This document shows, in pieces, positions 11,990 through 21,995 of a DNA stretch of 64,000 nucleotides. Positions within the stretch are counted from its first letter, which is position 1. The number at the start of each line of letters is the position of its first letter. The DNA is from an uncultured Actinomycetes bacterium (GTDB lineage Bacteria > Actinomycetota > Thermoleophilia > Solirubrobacterales > Solirubrobacteraceae). Both the position numbers and the translations under genes were made by a program. The stretch lies in assembly GCA_963709935.1 (NCBI GenBank), contig CAVPYM010000012.1, forward strand, positions 110,761 through 174,760, given 5' to 3'. Under the pieces are notes generated by a model. That model was not told where the DNA came from, did not search any database, and saw only the letters and a list, made by a program, of their open reading frames with translations.

Positions 11990-13270
11990 TTGCGTTTCAG
12001 AGGAGCAGCCGCGGCGTGGTTGCTGGTGCCGGCACTGGCCGTCGGTGTAGCCGCCTGCGGCGATGACGACGAGGACACGCCGAGTGGCGGCAGCGCCAGC
12101 ACCACCACCACTGAGGAGACCGGCGGCAAGACGCTGACGGTCTATTCGAGCCTTCCGCTGCAGGGCGCTCAGCGCCCGCAGACCACCGACATGGTGAAGG
12201 GCATCCAGCTCGCGCTGGCGGAGGCCGACAACAAGGCCGGGAAGTTCACCATCAAGTACGAGTCCAAGGACGACTCGACGGCTCAGGCCGGCTCGTGGAC
12301 GCCCGAGGCCGTTTCTCAGAACGCCCGCCAGGCGGCGCAGGACGAGAACGTCGGTGCCTACATCGGTGAGTTCAACTCGGGCGGCAGCGCCGTCTCGATC
12401 CCGATCCTCAGCGACGCCAAGGTGCCGCAGATCTCCCCGGCCAACACCGCGGTCGGCCTCACCTCCGACGAGCCGGGCGCCGACAAGGGCGAGCCGGCCA
12501 AGTACTACCCGACCGGATTTCGCAACTACGTCCGCATCGTGCCCAAGGACACGATCCAGGGCGCGGCCCTCGCGAGCGTCATGAAGAAGGACGACTGCAC
12601 GAAGGTCGCGATGGCCAACGACAAGGAGGTCTACGGCGCCGGCCTGGCTCGCAACATCGCCAACTCGGCCAAGGAGCAGGACCTCGACATCCTGTTCAAC
12701 GAGGGCATCGACACGAAGGCCCCCAACTACCGCTCGCTGGCCTCGCGGGCCAAGCAGCAGGGAGCCGACTGCTTCGTGTTCAGCGGCATCACCGCCTCCA
12801 ACGGAGTCCAGATCTTCAAGGACTTCGCGGCGGCGCTGCCCACGGCCAAGCTCTACGGCCCCGACGGCGTGGCGGAGACGGGCTTCACCGATCCCAAGGA
12901 GGGCGGCATTCCCGCCAGCGTCGCCAAGCGGGTCAAGGTCACCGTGGCGACGCTCGATCCGGCGAGCTACCCGCCCGAGGGCCGGCAGTTCTTCGCCAAC
13001 TACGAGAAGAAGTACGGCGAGAAGAACCCCAACCCGTACTCCATCTACGGCTATGAGGCCATGAAGCTCGCGCTCGACGCGATCGAGCGCTCCGGCACCG
13101 GCAACAAGGAGGACATCGTCAAGGCGCTGTTCGACACGGAGGACCGCACGAGCGTGCTCGGGACGTACTCCATCGACGACGACGGCGACACGACGCTGAC
13201 CGACTACGGCGTCTACGACATCAAGGACGGCAACCCGTCCTTCCTCGAGACGATCAAGGCCGCGACCTAG
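11990..13270 (+). CDS. ABC transporter substrate-binding lipoprotein (second LivJ-type paralog)
   Basis: TTG start after SD GAGGAGGG. Lipobox 'AVGVAACGDD'. Parallel motifs 'LTVYSSLPLQG' and 'PQISPANT' match the upstream paralog. Confidence 0.85.
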   Translation: MRFRGAAAAWLLVPALAVGVAACGDDDEDTPSGGSASTTTTEETGGKTLTVYSSLPLQGAQRPQTTDMVKGIQLALAEADNKAGKFTIKYESKDDSTAQAGSWTPEAVSQNARQAAQDENVGAYIGEFNSGGSAVSIPILSDAKVPQISPANTAVGLTSDEPGADKGEPAKYYPTGFRNYVRIVPKDTIQGAALASVMKKDDCTKVAMANDKEVYGAGLARNIANSAKEQDLDILFNEGIDTKAPNYRSLASRAKQQGADCFVFSGITASNGVQIFKDFAAALPTAKLYGPDGVAETGFTDPKEGGIPASVAKRVKVTVATLDPASYPPEGRQFFANYEKKYGEKNPNPYSIYGYEAMKLALDAIERSGTGNKEDIVKALFDTEDRTSVLGTYSIDDDGDTTLTDYGVYDIKDGNPSFLETIKAAT

Positions 13271-13351
13271 ACGACCGGCGCGTGGAGGGGGCGGGGCTCT
13301 GCCTCGCCCCCTCGGCGCCGCCCGCACCCACCACGACCCCAAGGCTTCGCG

Positions 13352-14410
13352 ATGGCAGCCGCCACTCTCCCGAGTCCACGGCCCGATCGGCTGCGCGCGG
13401 TGCGTGCCTTCCTGGGCACGTACGGGCTGATCCTCCTGCTGCTGGCCCTGCCGGTCGCGTTCGGCATCCAGGACCTGCGCGAGGAGGGCGACCTCTCGCG
13501 CCTGGGCAACAACCTGCTCGACGGTCTCTCCAACGGCTCGATCTGGGCCCTGGTGGCGATCGGCTACACGCTCGTCTACGGCATCGTCGAGCTCATCAAC
13601 TTCGCCCACGGCGAGGTGTTCATGATCGGCTCGTTCGTGTCCGCCGGCTTCTTCGGCACGCTCGGGCTGACCGCGGCGACGGGCGTGCCCGGCCTCGTCG
13701 TCGGCCTGCTGCTCACGCTCCTGGTGGCGATGTTCGCGTCCGGAGCGCTCAACGTCATGATCGAGCGCGTGGGCTACCGCCCGCTGCGCAACGCGCCCAA
13801 GCTGGCGCCGCTGATCACCGCCGTCGGCTTCTCGTTCATCCTGCAGAACGTCGGCCTGCTGTGGCGGGGCGGATCGCAGCAGGGCATCGTCGACCTCATC
13901 AAGTCGCAGGACGAGCTCTTCCTCGTCGCCGGGGTGAGCGTCACCCACGGCGACATGCTCGCGATCGCGGTCACGATCCCGCTCGTGCTCGCGATGACCA
14001 CCTTCATCGCGCGCAGCCGCCTCGGCAAGGCGATGCGCGCGACGGCGCAGGACCCCGACGCCGCGCGCCTCATGGGCATCAACGTCGACACGACGATCTC
14101 GGCGACGTTCCTGCTCGGCGGCATGCTCGCCGGCGCCGCCGGGCTGATCTACGCGCTCTACCAGACCACCGTCTGGTACTTCCAGGGCTTCACCGCCGGC
14201 CTGATCGCGTTCACCGCGGCCGTCATGGGGGGGATCGGAAACATCCGCGGCGCCGTCCTCGGCGGGCTGATCATCGGCGTCATCCAACAGACCTCCGACA
14301 ACCGGATCGGCAGCCAGTGGACGCCGGCGATCGTCTTCGCCTACCTCGTCCTGATCATGGTCTTCAAGCCGTCGGGGCTGCTCGGCGAGGAGACCCGTGA
14401 GGCGGGCTGA
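13352..14410 (+). CDS. livH: branched-chain amino-acid ABC transporter permease
   Basis: LivH-type polytopic membrane protein ('INFAHGEVFMIG'). Confidence 0.9.
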   Translation: MAAATLPSPRPDRLRAVRAFLGTYGLILLLLALPVAFGIQDLREEGDLSRLGNNLLDGLSNGSIWALVAIGYTLVYGIVELINFAHGEVFMIGSFVSAGFFGTLGLTAATGVPGLVVGLLLTLLVAMFASGALNVMIERVGYRPLRNAPKLAPLITAVGFSFILQNVGLLWRGGSQQGIVDLIKSQDELFLVAGVSVTHGDMLAIAVTIPLVLAMTTFIARSRLGKAMRATAQDPDAARLMGINVDTTISATFLLGGMLAGAAGLIYALYQTTVWYFQGFTAGLIAFTAAVMGGIGNIRGAVLGGLIIGVIQQTSDNRIGSQWTPAIVFAYLVLIMVFKPSGLLGEETREAG

Positions 14411-14413
14411 GCG

Positions 14414-15640
14414 GTGACCGGCAAGGCCCCTGCGCCGCCGACCAAGCAGCCGCCCGCGGCTCCCCCGCCGCCCCGCACGAAGTGGCGTGCGCCGGTGCTG
14501 CCGCGCCGGGTCCAGCTGGGGATCACCGCGGCGGCGATCGTCGCCGGCGCGATCCTGCCGTTCTTCTTCGCCAGCGGCGGCGGCTTCATCGACGACGCCA
14601 CGCTCGCGCTGGCGTACGTCGTCATGGCGCTCGGGCTGAACATCATCGTCGGCTTCGCGGGCCTGCTGGACCTCGGCTACGTCGCGTTCTTCGCGATCGG
14701 CGCCTTCACCATGGGCTACTTCGGCTCGCTGTTTCACATCGAGGCCAACGGCGGCGACGGCATCCACGTGCTGGTCACCGGCATCGCCGCGGAGCTGCCC
14801 GGCATCCACCTGAACTTCCTGCTGATCGCGATCCTCGCGATCGTCGCGACGACGATCGCGGGCATGATCATCGGCCTGCCCACGCTGCGGCTGCGCGGCG
14901 ACTACATCGCGATCGTGACGCTGGCGTTCGGCGAGATCGTCGGCCGCATCGCGATCAACGGCGACGAGATCACCGGCTTCGGCACGAAGCTGACGAACGG
15001 GCGCCAGGGCATCACGCCGGTCGACAAGATCGACCTGCCGTTCATGGACCCGTTCACCTCGCTGAACCTTCGGCCCTGGTACTGGGTCGCCTTCGCGATG
15101 GTGCTCATCGTGCTGTTCGTGAACTTCCGCCTGCGCGACTCGCGCCTCGGGCGCGCCTGGATCGCCCTGCGCGAGGACGAGGTGGCCGCGGTCAGCATGG
15201 GCGTCCCGCTGGTCAAGACGAAGCTGCTGGCGTACGGCACCGGCGCGGCGTTCGGCGGCGTCTCGGGCGCGTTTCTGGCGTCCTACCTCAACACGGTCAA
15301 CGCCGACCAGTTCCAGTTCGCGTTCTCGATCTTCATCCTCGCGATGGTGATCCTCGGCGGCCTGGGCTCGATCTGGGGCGTCGTCGTCGGGGCGGTGGCG
15401 CTGTCGTTCATCAACAACCGCCTGATTCCCGACGTGCTCAACGGGGTGCCGGCCAAGATCGGCCTCGAGTTCGACCTCACCGAGCTGTCGTTCGGGATCT
15501 TCGGCTTCCTGCTCGTGATCATGATGGTGCTGCGACCCGAGGGCCTGATCCCGGAGCGACGACGCCAGCTGGAGCTCTCGGAGGGGATCGAGGACATGGC
15601 GGTCGACGACGCGGCCGTCGTGCAGGCGAGGGTGCCATGA
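14414..15640 (+). CDS. livM: branched-chain amino-acid ABC transporter permease
   Basis: LivM-type permease ('GLLDLGYVAFFAIGAF'). Confidence 0.9.
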   Translation: MTGKAPAPPTKQPPAAPPPPRTKWRAPVLPRRVQLGITAAAIVAGAILPFFFASGGGFIDDATLALAYVVMALGLNIIVGFAGLLDLGYVAFFAIGAFTMGYFGSLFHIEANGGDGIHVLVTGIAAELPGIHLNFLLIAILAIVATTIAGMIIGLPTLRLRGDYIAIVTLAFGEIVGRIAINGDEITGFGTKLTNGRQGITPVDKIDLPFMDPFTSLNLRPWYWVAFAMVLIVLFVNFRLRDSRLGRAWIALREDEVAAVSMGVPLVKTKLLAYGTGAAFGGVSGAFLASYLNTVNADQFQFAFSIFILAMVILGGLGSIWGVVVGAVALSFINNRLIPDVLNGVPAKIGLEFDLTELSFGIFGFLLVIMMVLRPEGLIPERRRQLELSEGIEDMAVDDAAVVQARVP

Positions 15641-16455
15641 CCGGCGACCCGGAGGGACCGATCCTCGAGGCGCGCGGCGTGACGAAGCAGTTCGGCGGCC
15701 TGACCGCGGTCAACGACGTCTCGTTCTCGATCCCGCGGCGCGCGATCGTGTCGCTGATCGGCCCCAACGGCGCCGGCAAGACGACGTTCTTCAACATCCT
15801 GACCGGGCTGTACAAGCCGACGCTGGGGCAGATCAGCTTCGACGACAAGAACATCACGTCCGGCCGCCCGGACAAGATCATGGCCCTCGGCGTCGCGCGG
15901 ACGTTTCAGAACATCCGCCTCTTCGGCACGATGACGGCGCTCGAGAACGTCATGGTCGGTCAGCACTCGCGCATGAAGGCGGGGCTGTTCGGGTCGATCT
16001 TCCGGCCCCCGCACGTCCGCCGCGAGGAGGCGAGCGTGCGCACGAAGGCCGCCGAGTCGCTGGAGTACGTCGGCCTGAATGCCAAGCTGCACGACCAGCT
16101 CGCCACGAACCTCTCCTACGGCGACCAGCGCCGCGTGGAGATCGCGCGCGCGCTGGCGTCGGAACCCAAGCTGCTGCTGCTCGACGAGCCGACGGCGGGC
16201 ATGAACCCGCAGGAGTCCGAGAACCTGACGCGCTTCATGGAGCGCCTGCGCGACGACCTCGGCCTCTCGATCCTGCTCATCGAGCACGACATGAAGGTCG
16301 TCATGGGCGTCTCGGAGTACGTCACCGTGCTCGACCACGGCGAGAAGATCTGCGAGGGCGACGCGCTGAGCGTGCGCACCGATCCGAAGGTCGTCGAGGC
16401 CTACCTCGGCAAGCAGGAAGCCGAGCGCCAGCGCAGCGAGGACGGTGTCGGCTGA
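15637..16455 (+). CDS. livG: branched-chain amino-acid ABC transporter ATP-binding protein
   Basis: Internal ATG of track ORF 14482..16455, overlapping the livM stop (ATGA). Walker A 'GPNGAGKTT', signature 'LSYGDQRR', Walker B 'LLLLDEP'. Confidence 0.9.
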   Translation: MTGDPEGPILEARGVTKQFGGLTAVNDVSFSIPRRAIVSLIGPNGAGKTTFFNILTGLYKPTLGQISFDDKNITSGRPDKIMALGVARTFQNIRLFGTMTALENVMVGQHSRMKAGLFGSIFRPPHVRREEASVRTKAAESLEYVGLNAKLHDQLATNLSYGDQRRVEIARALASEPKLLLLDEPTAGMNPQESENLTRFMERLRDDLGLSILLIEHDMKVVMGVSEYVTVLDHGEKICEGDALSVRTDPKVVEAYLGKQEAERQRSEDGVG

Positions 16456-17165
16456 TGGCCATGCTCGAGGTCGACGACATCCGCACGTACTACGGCAACA
16501 TCGAGGCGCTCAAGGGCATCTCGCTGACGGTCGAGGAGGGCGAGTGCGTGACGCTGATCGGCTCCAACGGCGCCGGCAAGTCGACGACGCTGCGCTCGGT
16601 CTCCGGCCTGACCCCGCCGCGCACCGGCGACATCCGCTTCCAGGGCGAGAACATCACCCGCACCCCGCCGGCCGACATCGTCAAGCTGGGGATCTCGCAG
16701 TCGCCCGAGGGCCGGCGCTGCTTTCCCCGCATGACGGTCCGCGAGAACCTCGACATGGGCGCCTACCTGCGCCGCGACAAGGACGGCATCGCCGAGGACG
16801 TCGAGCGGGTCTTCGAGCTGTTTCCGCGCCTGCAGGAGCGCGAGCGCCAGAAGGCCGGCACGATGTCCGGCGGCGAGCAGCAGATGCTGGCGATCGGGCG
16901 GGCGCTGATGGCGCGGCCGAAGCTGCTGCTGCTCGACGAGCCGTCGATGGGCATCGCGCCGATCCTCGTCGAGCGCATCTACGAGACGATCGCCGAGATC
17001 AACGAGCAGGGCACGACGATCCTGCTCGTCGAGCAGAACGCCAACTACGCGCTGGGCGTCTCGCAGCGCGCGTACGTGCTCGAGACCGGCAAGGTCGCGC
17101 TGAGCGACCGCTCCGACGCCCTGCGGACCAACCCCGACGTGCAGAAGGCCTACCTCGGCGGATGA
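16455..17165 (+). CDS. livF: branched-chain amino-acid ABC transporter ATP-binding protein
   Basis: Walker A 'GSNGAGKST', signature 'MSGGEQQM', Walker B 'LLLLDEP'. Confidence 0.9.
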   Translation: MAMLEVDDIRTYYGNIEALKGISLTVEEGECVTLIGSNGAGKSTTLRSVSGLTPPRTGDIRFQGENITRTPPADIVKLGISQSPEGRRCFPRMTVRENLDMGAYLRRDKDGIAEDVERVFELFPRLQERERQKAGTMSGGEQQMLAIGRALMARPKLLLLDEPSMGIAPILVERIYETIAEINEQGTTILLVEQNANYALGVSQRAYVLETGKVALSDRSDALRTNPDVQKAYLGG

Positions 17166-17395
17166 CGATCGTCGCCGTCATCGGGGAGGGCGCGCTGTAC
17201 CTGCTCTACGGCTGGCTGCTGTCGGCGATCATCGCCAGCTTCCTGTCGGGCAAGAAGGGCTACGGCGAGCGCATCGGCCTGGCCAGCGGGTTGCTGCTGA
17301 CGTTCGTCGGCGTGCTGATCTGGCTCTGCGTCCCGTCCAAGCCGACGTCGGACTGGGGACGGCGCAAGCGCGAGCGCGAGCGCGGGCGCGCCTGA
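17162..17395 (+). CDS. small membrane protein (77 aa) coupled to livF
   Basis: ATGA overlap with the livF stop. Two hydrophobic helices and a basic tail 'RRKRERERGRA'. Confidence 0.45.
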   Translation: MTIVAVIGEGALYLLYGWLLSAIIASFLSGKKGYGERIGLASGLLLTFVGVLIWLCVPSKPTSDWGRRKRERERGRA

Positions 17396-17448
17396 GTTCG
17401 CCGGCGGCGCGGGCGGGCGGGCCGGCGAGCAAGCGGGCGGAGTCCCGC

Positions 17449-18351
17449 TCAGGCGTCGAGGGTGCTGCGCAGCGCCTCGTCGAGATCGGGGTGCTGGAAC
17501 TCGTAGCCCAGCTCGGCGGCGCGGCCGGGCACCATCCGCACGCCCTTGAGCACGATCTGCGCCATCTCGCCGTACATGACCTTGATCGTGAAACCGGGCA
17601 CGGTTGCCACGGCGGGCCGGTTGATCGCCCGCCCGAGGGCCTTGGCGAACTGCTTGTTGGTCACCGGCTCCGGTGCCGAGGCGTTGATCGGGCCATGGAA
17701 GGTCGGGTCGTCGATCGCCGCCAGGTAGATCCCGACGAGGTCGTCGCGGTGAATCCACGGCATGTACTGCTTGCCGCTGCCGATCGGGCCGCCCAGCCCG
17801 GCCTTGAACGGGGGCAGCATCTTCGCCAGCGCGCCGCCCTCGGCGTCGAGCACGATGCCGGTGCGGACGATCACCAGGCGCGCGCCGATCTTCGCCGTCT
17901 CGGCCTGGCGCTCCCAGCGATAGCAGACCTCCGCCAGCCAGTCGGTGCCGGGCGGCTCTGACTCGTCGACGGGCTCGTCGCCGCGCGCGCCGTAGTAGCC
18001 CGACGCCGACGCGCAGATGAGCGCCTTCGGCCGCGGCTTGGTCTCGAAGATGCTGTGGACGATGTTGCGCGTGCTCTTCTCGCGGCTGTCGAGGATCTCG
18101 GCCTTGACCTTGTCGTTCCAGCGCTGGCCGACGTCCTCGCCGGCGAGATGGACGACCGCGTCGCAGCCGTCCAGCGCCGCCTTGGGCACCGCCTCCTGCT
18201 TGACGTCCCAGGCCAGCGCTGGCACGCCAAGCAGGTCGCTCGCCTTGTCGGCATCGCGCGAGAGCGCGACGACCTCGTCGCCACGAGCATGCAGCGCCGC
18301 GACGAGATGGCGACCGATGCGCCCCGTCGCTCCCGTGACCGTGACCTTCAT
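17449..18351 (-). CDS. TIGR01777/YfcH-type epimerase-family (SDR) protein
   Basis: 'MKVTVTGATGRIGRHLV' Rossmann motif and a DUF1731-like C-terminus 'GYEFQHPDLDEAL'. Confidence 0.8.
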   Translation of the reverse strand: MKVTVTGATGRIGRHLVAALHARGDEVVALSRDADKASDLLGVPALAWDVKQEAVPKAALDGCDAVVHLAGEDVGQRWNDKVKAEILDSREKSTRNIVHSIFETKPRPKALICASASGYYGARGDEPVDESEPPGTDWLAEVCYRWERQAETAKIGARLVIVRTGIVLDAEGGALAKMLPPFKAGLGGPIGSGKQYMPWIHRDDLVGIYLAAIDDPTFHGPINASAPEPVTNKQFAKALGRAINRPAVATVPGFTIKVMYGEMAQIVLKGVRMVPGRAAELGYEFQHPDLDEALRSTLDA

Positions 18352-18400
18352 CAAACGAGCATACGGACCGGCTCACCTGCCTGGATGTGCGAGACGGTGC

Positions 18401-18694
18401 TCAGGCGGGCGGCGCGATCCCGTCGTCGGGCTCCAGCGGGCGATGCTTGCGCCGGCGGGCGGTGATCGACTGGTAGGTCGCGGTCGGAATCGCGTCGAGG
18501 CGGGGGGCGTCGCACAGGCGGATCGCCTCCAGCATGCGGTTCCAGCAGCCGACCTCCGGGTCGGCGTGGTAGTGACCGACGTACCCGGTTCGCCAGAAGT
18601 CCCGGGCCCGGTCGCCATTGCCGTTCAGCGTGACGTACGGCGCTTCGCGGTCGATCATCTCGCCGCAAAGATTGCAGGTGTAGATGAGGCTCAT
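18401..18694 (-). CDS. small hypothetical protein with CxxC and His/Cys cluster
   Basis: Terminal part of antisense track ORF 18401..21547. Opens 'MSLIYTCNLCGEMID...GHYHADPEVGCW'. Divergent from polA. No family recognised. Confidence 0.4.
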   Translation of the reverse strand: MSLIYTCNLCGEMIDREAPYVTLNGNGDRARDFWRTGYVGHYHADPEVGCWNRMLEAIRLCDAPRLDAIPTATYQSITARRRKHRPLEPDDGIAPPA

Positions 18695-18787
18695 GGGGGC
18701 TCGTCCTTGCTTGCTGTGACTCCTCCTACCGTGCAATCTAACGCCTGCGGCTGACGGTATGGACGGTGTGCGTAAAGTGGCCCCGCG

Positions 18788-21370
18788 ATGGCCGACCCTC
18801 CCGACGAGCTGTACCTCATCGACGGCAACTCGCTCGTCTACCGGGCGTTCTTCGCGCTGCCCGAGTCGATCGCCACGTCGACCGGCTTTCCGACGAACGC
18901 CATCTTCGGCTTCGCCTCGATGCTCGTCAAGATCCTCACCGAGCACGGCACGAAGCCGACGATCGTCGTCTGGGACGCGGGCTCGAGCGGGCGCAAGGAG
19001 GTCTACAGCGAGTACAAGGCCGGCCGGTCGACGCGACCGGACCTGTTGCGGGAGCAGTGGCCGCACCTCGAGCCGCTCGTCGAGGCGTTCGGCTACAAGA
19101 ACACGCGCTTTGAGGGCTTCGAGGCCGACGACGTCATCGCGACGCTGGCCGAGCGCGCCCGCGAGCAGGGGATCCCGACGGTGATCGTGACCGGCGACCG
19201 CGACGCCTTCCAGCTCATCGACCCCACGGGGCTGGTCAGCGTCATGGCGACCGCGCGCGGGATCACCGACACGAAGCTCTACGACCACGCGGCGGTGGTC
19301 GAGCGCTACGGCATCCCGCCGGAGCTGATCCCGGACTTCTACGGGCTGAAGGGCGACACGAGCGACAACATCCCGGGCGTGCCGGGGATCGGCGACAAGA
19401 CCGCGGCGCAGCTGCTGCAGAAGTTCGGCGACCTCGAGGGCGTGCTCGGCTCGGTCGACGAGATCACGGGCGCCAAGCGCAAGGAGAACCTCGTCAACCA
19501 CGCCGACGACGCGCGGCTGTCGAAAGTGCTGGCCACGATGCGTCGCGACCTCGACGTGCCGCTCGACGTCGCGCAGGCCGCCGCGCAGGTGCCCGACCGT
19601 TCCAAGCTGCGCGAGGTCTTCCGCGAGTTCGAGCTGCGCGACCCGCTGCGCCGCCTGGAGGAGTTCCTCGGCGCCGACGAGGCGGCGCCGGCGCCGGTCG
19701 CGTCGACCGAGGTCAGCGCGCGCGTGCGCATCGGCACGCTGGCGCAGGTCGCGGCGTTCGGCGGCGCCGGGGCCGAGCTCGTGCTGGCGGCCCGCGCGCC
19801 CGAGATCCCGGAGGGCGAGCTGCTCGCGCTCGAGAGCACGTGGCGCTTCGCGGTCGCGGCCGGCCGCGAGATCCTGACCGGGACGATGGACGACCCGGCG
19901 CAGCTCGTCGCCGCGGCGGGGGAGCGGCCGGTGGTCGCCTACGACGCCAAGGCGCTGGACGCGGTGCCGCCGAACCTCGTCCACGACGCGCTGCTGGGCG
20001 CCTACCTGCTCGAGCCCGCGCGCCGCGGCTACCCGCTGCGCGAGCTGCTTGAGGAGCGCGGCCTCGGCGCGCCGGGCGTGGAGGACGAGCTCGCGCGCGA
20101 GGCGCTGCTCGTCGGTGAGCTGTCGGCGTGGCAGCGCGAGCAGATCATCGCTCGCGACCTCGTCACGGTGATGCAGGAGATCGAGCTGCCGCTGGTGGCG
20201 GTGCTGCGCCGGATGGAGCGCGAGGGGGTGCGGCTGAACACCGGCCGCCTGCGCGAGATCACCACGCGCGTGCGCGAGGAGATCCGCACGCTGGAGCTCG
20301 AGATCTGGGAGCACGCCGGCACGGAGTTCGTGATCGGCTCGCCCCAGCAGCTCGGCGAGATCCTCTTCACGAAGCTCGAGCTGTCGCGCAAGCGGCGCGG
20401 CAAGACGGGCTTCTCGACCGACGCCCGGGTGTTGCAGGCGATCCGCGGCGAGCATCCGATCATCCCGCTCATCGAGCGCTGGCGCGAGCTCAACCAGCTC
20501 GACAAGACGTACTTCAGCGTGCTGCCGCAGCTCGTCGACGAGCGATCGCGGATCCACACGACGTTCCTGCAGGCCGCGGCGACGACGGGCCGGCTGGCCT
20601 CGACGAACCCGAACATGCAGAACGTCCCGATCCGCACCGAGCTCGGGCGTGAGATCCGCGGCTGCTTCGACGCCGCGGAGGGCCACCTGCTGCTGAGCGC
20701 CGACTACTCGCAGATCGAGCTGCGCGTGCTCGCCCACATCGCCGACGAGCCGGTCCTGAAGGAGATCTTCGTGCGCGGCGAGGACGTCCACACCGCGACG
20801 GCGTCGAAGGTCTTCAACACCCCGCCCGACCAGCTCGACCTCGGCCAGCGCTCGAAGGCGAAGATGATCAACTACGGGATCGTCTACGGCCTGTCGGATT
20901 TCGGCCTGGCCGACCGGCTCGGCATCCCGCGCGAGGAGGCCAAGGAGATCATCGACACGTACCTCGAGCGCTTCCCGGCGGTGCGCGCGTTCATCGAGGG
21001 CACGATCGCCAGCGCGACGCAGCACGGCCACGTGACCACGCTGTGGGGCCGCCGGCGCCAGATCCCCGAGCTGAAGGCGCGCAACTGGCAGGTGCGCACG
21101 CTGGGCGAGCGCCTGGCCGTCAACACCGTCATCCAGGGCACGGCGGCCGACGTGATGAAGCTCGCGCTCGTGCGCGTCGACGCCGCGCTGCGCGACTCGC
21201 CGGTGCGGCCGATCCTCACCGTCCACGACGAGCTGCTCTTCGAGGGCCCGGCCGGGGAGATCGAAGGCGTGCGCGAGCTGATCCGCCACGAGATGTGCGC
21301 GTTCTGGGAGCACGACCCGCCGCTCGGCGTCGAGATCGGGGTGGGCCCGACGTGGATGCAGGCGAAGTGA
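18788..21370 (+). CDS. polA: DNA polymerase I
   Basis: 5'-nuclease N-terminus ('LIDGNSLVYRAF', 'GDRDAFQL'). Family-A polymerase motifs 'DYSQIELRVLAH', 'RSKAKMINYGIVYG', 'TVHDELLFE'. Confidence 0.97.
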   Translation: MADPPDELYLIDGNSLVYRAFFALPESIATSTGFPTNAIFGFASMLVKILTEHGTKPTIVVWDAGSSGRKEVYSEYKAGRSTRPDLLREQWPHLEPLVEAFGYKNTRFEGFEADDVIATLAERAREQGIPTVIVTGDRDAFQLIDPTGLVSVMATARGITDTKLYDHAAVVERYGIPPELIPDFYGLKGDTSDNIPGVPGIGDKTAAQLLQKFGDLEGVLGSVDEITGAKRKENLVNHADDARLSKVLATMRRDLDVPLDVAQAAAQVPDRSKLREVFREFELRDPLRRLEEFLGADEAAPAPVASTEVSARVRIGTLAQVAAFGGAGAELVLAARAPEIPEGELLALESTWRFAVAAGREILTGTMDDPAQLVAAAGERPVVAYDAKALDAVPPNLVHDALLGAYLLEPARRGYPLRELLEERGLGAPGVEDELAREALLVGELSAWQREQIIARDLVTVMQEIELPLVAVLRRMEREGVRLNTGRLREITTRVREEIRTLELEIWEHAGTEFVIGSPQQLGEILFTKLELSRKRRGKTGFSTDARVLQAIRGEHPIIPLIERWRELNQLDKTYFSVLPQLVDERSRIHTTFLQAAATTGRLASTNPNMQNVPIRTELGREIRGCFDAAEGHLLLSADYSQIELRVLAHIADEPVLKEIFVRGEDVHTATASKVFNTPPDQLDLGQRSKAKMINYGIVYGLSDFGLADRLGIPREEAKEIIDTYLERFPAVRAFIEGTIASATQHGHVTTLWGRRRQIPELKARNWQVRTLGERLAVNTVIQGTAADVMKLALVRVDAALRDSPVRPILTVHDELLFEGPAGEIEGVRELIRHEMCAFWEHDPPLGVEIGVGPTWMQAK

Positions 21371-21380
21371 CAGGGACGGG

Positions 21381-21827
21381 ATGGACCGCGGCGCCGCCGT
21401 CCTGCTGACGGCGTTCACGGGCGGTCTCGTCGCACTGCAGGCGCCGGTCAACTCGCTCCTGGGACGTTCGATCGGCACGTGGCAGGCGGCGTTTTTGTCA
21501 TTTGCGATCGGCACGATGGCGCTGGCGTGCATCGCCGCGCTGGCCACCGGCGGGCTGGGCCAACTCGGCGAGGTGCGTCACGTCCCCTGGTACTACCTGA
21601 CGGGCGGCCTGCTCGGCGCCGCCTACGTCACGTCGATCCTCGTCACGGTGCGGACACTGGGCGCGGGCGGCATCGTCGCGGCGACGGTCGCCGCCCAGCT
21701 CGCGGTCTCGGTGGTCGTCGACCACTTCGGGCTGATCGGCGTGGCGAAGCAGCCGATCACGCTGGCGAAGGTCGTCGGCGTCGTGCTGCTGGGGCTGGGG
21801 ACGTACCTCGTCGTGCGCGAGAAGTAG
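21381..21827 (+). CDS. DMT-superfamily small transporter (DUF606/YdcZ-like)
   Basis: 148 aa with about five TM segments. N-terminus 'LLTAFTGGLVALQAPVNSLLG' is typical of DUF606. Confidence 0.75.
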   Translation: MDRGAAVLLTAFTGGLVALQAPVNSLLGRSIGTWQAAFLSFAIGTMALACIAALATGGLGQLGEVRHVPWYYLTGGLLGAAYVTSILVTVRTLGAGGIVAATVAAQLAVSVVVDHFGLIGVAKQPITLAKVVGVVLLGLGTYLVVREK

Positions 21828-21863
21828 GCGACGCCCCCGGGTGCGCTGACCCCGTCTGATCAC

Positions 21864-21963
21864 CGGCGTCCGTCAACCGGCATCTCTGATCTGAAGGGAA
21901 CGTCCTTCGGACTTTCACGCCGCCGCGGGTGGCGAAGCCCCGCCAGAACGATTGATCTGAAGG
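21864..21963. repeat. ~100-bp repeat, left copy, inverted relative to 24131..24227
   Basis: Its reverse complement aligns with 24131-24227 with only a few mismatches/indels. It contains internal direct repeats TGATCTGAAGG at 21887-21897 and 21953-21963. Confidence 0.85.
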
Positions 21964-21995
21964 CGCGTCGGGCGGGGTGATGAGCGCCGGCGAGG

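Noticed and set aside
10592-14809. Very long antisense or off-frame ORFs, for example 10592..14809(-) 1405 aa, 18401..21547(-) 1048 aa, 35111..38317(-) 1068 aa, 35269..38439(+) 1056 aa and 58820..62578(+) 1252 aa.
   Set aside because: They are typical stop-codon-poor artefacts of very GC-rich DNA. Their translations are Arg/Ala/Gly/Pro-rich low-complexity sequence, and they overlap genes with unambiguous conserved motifs in another frame.
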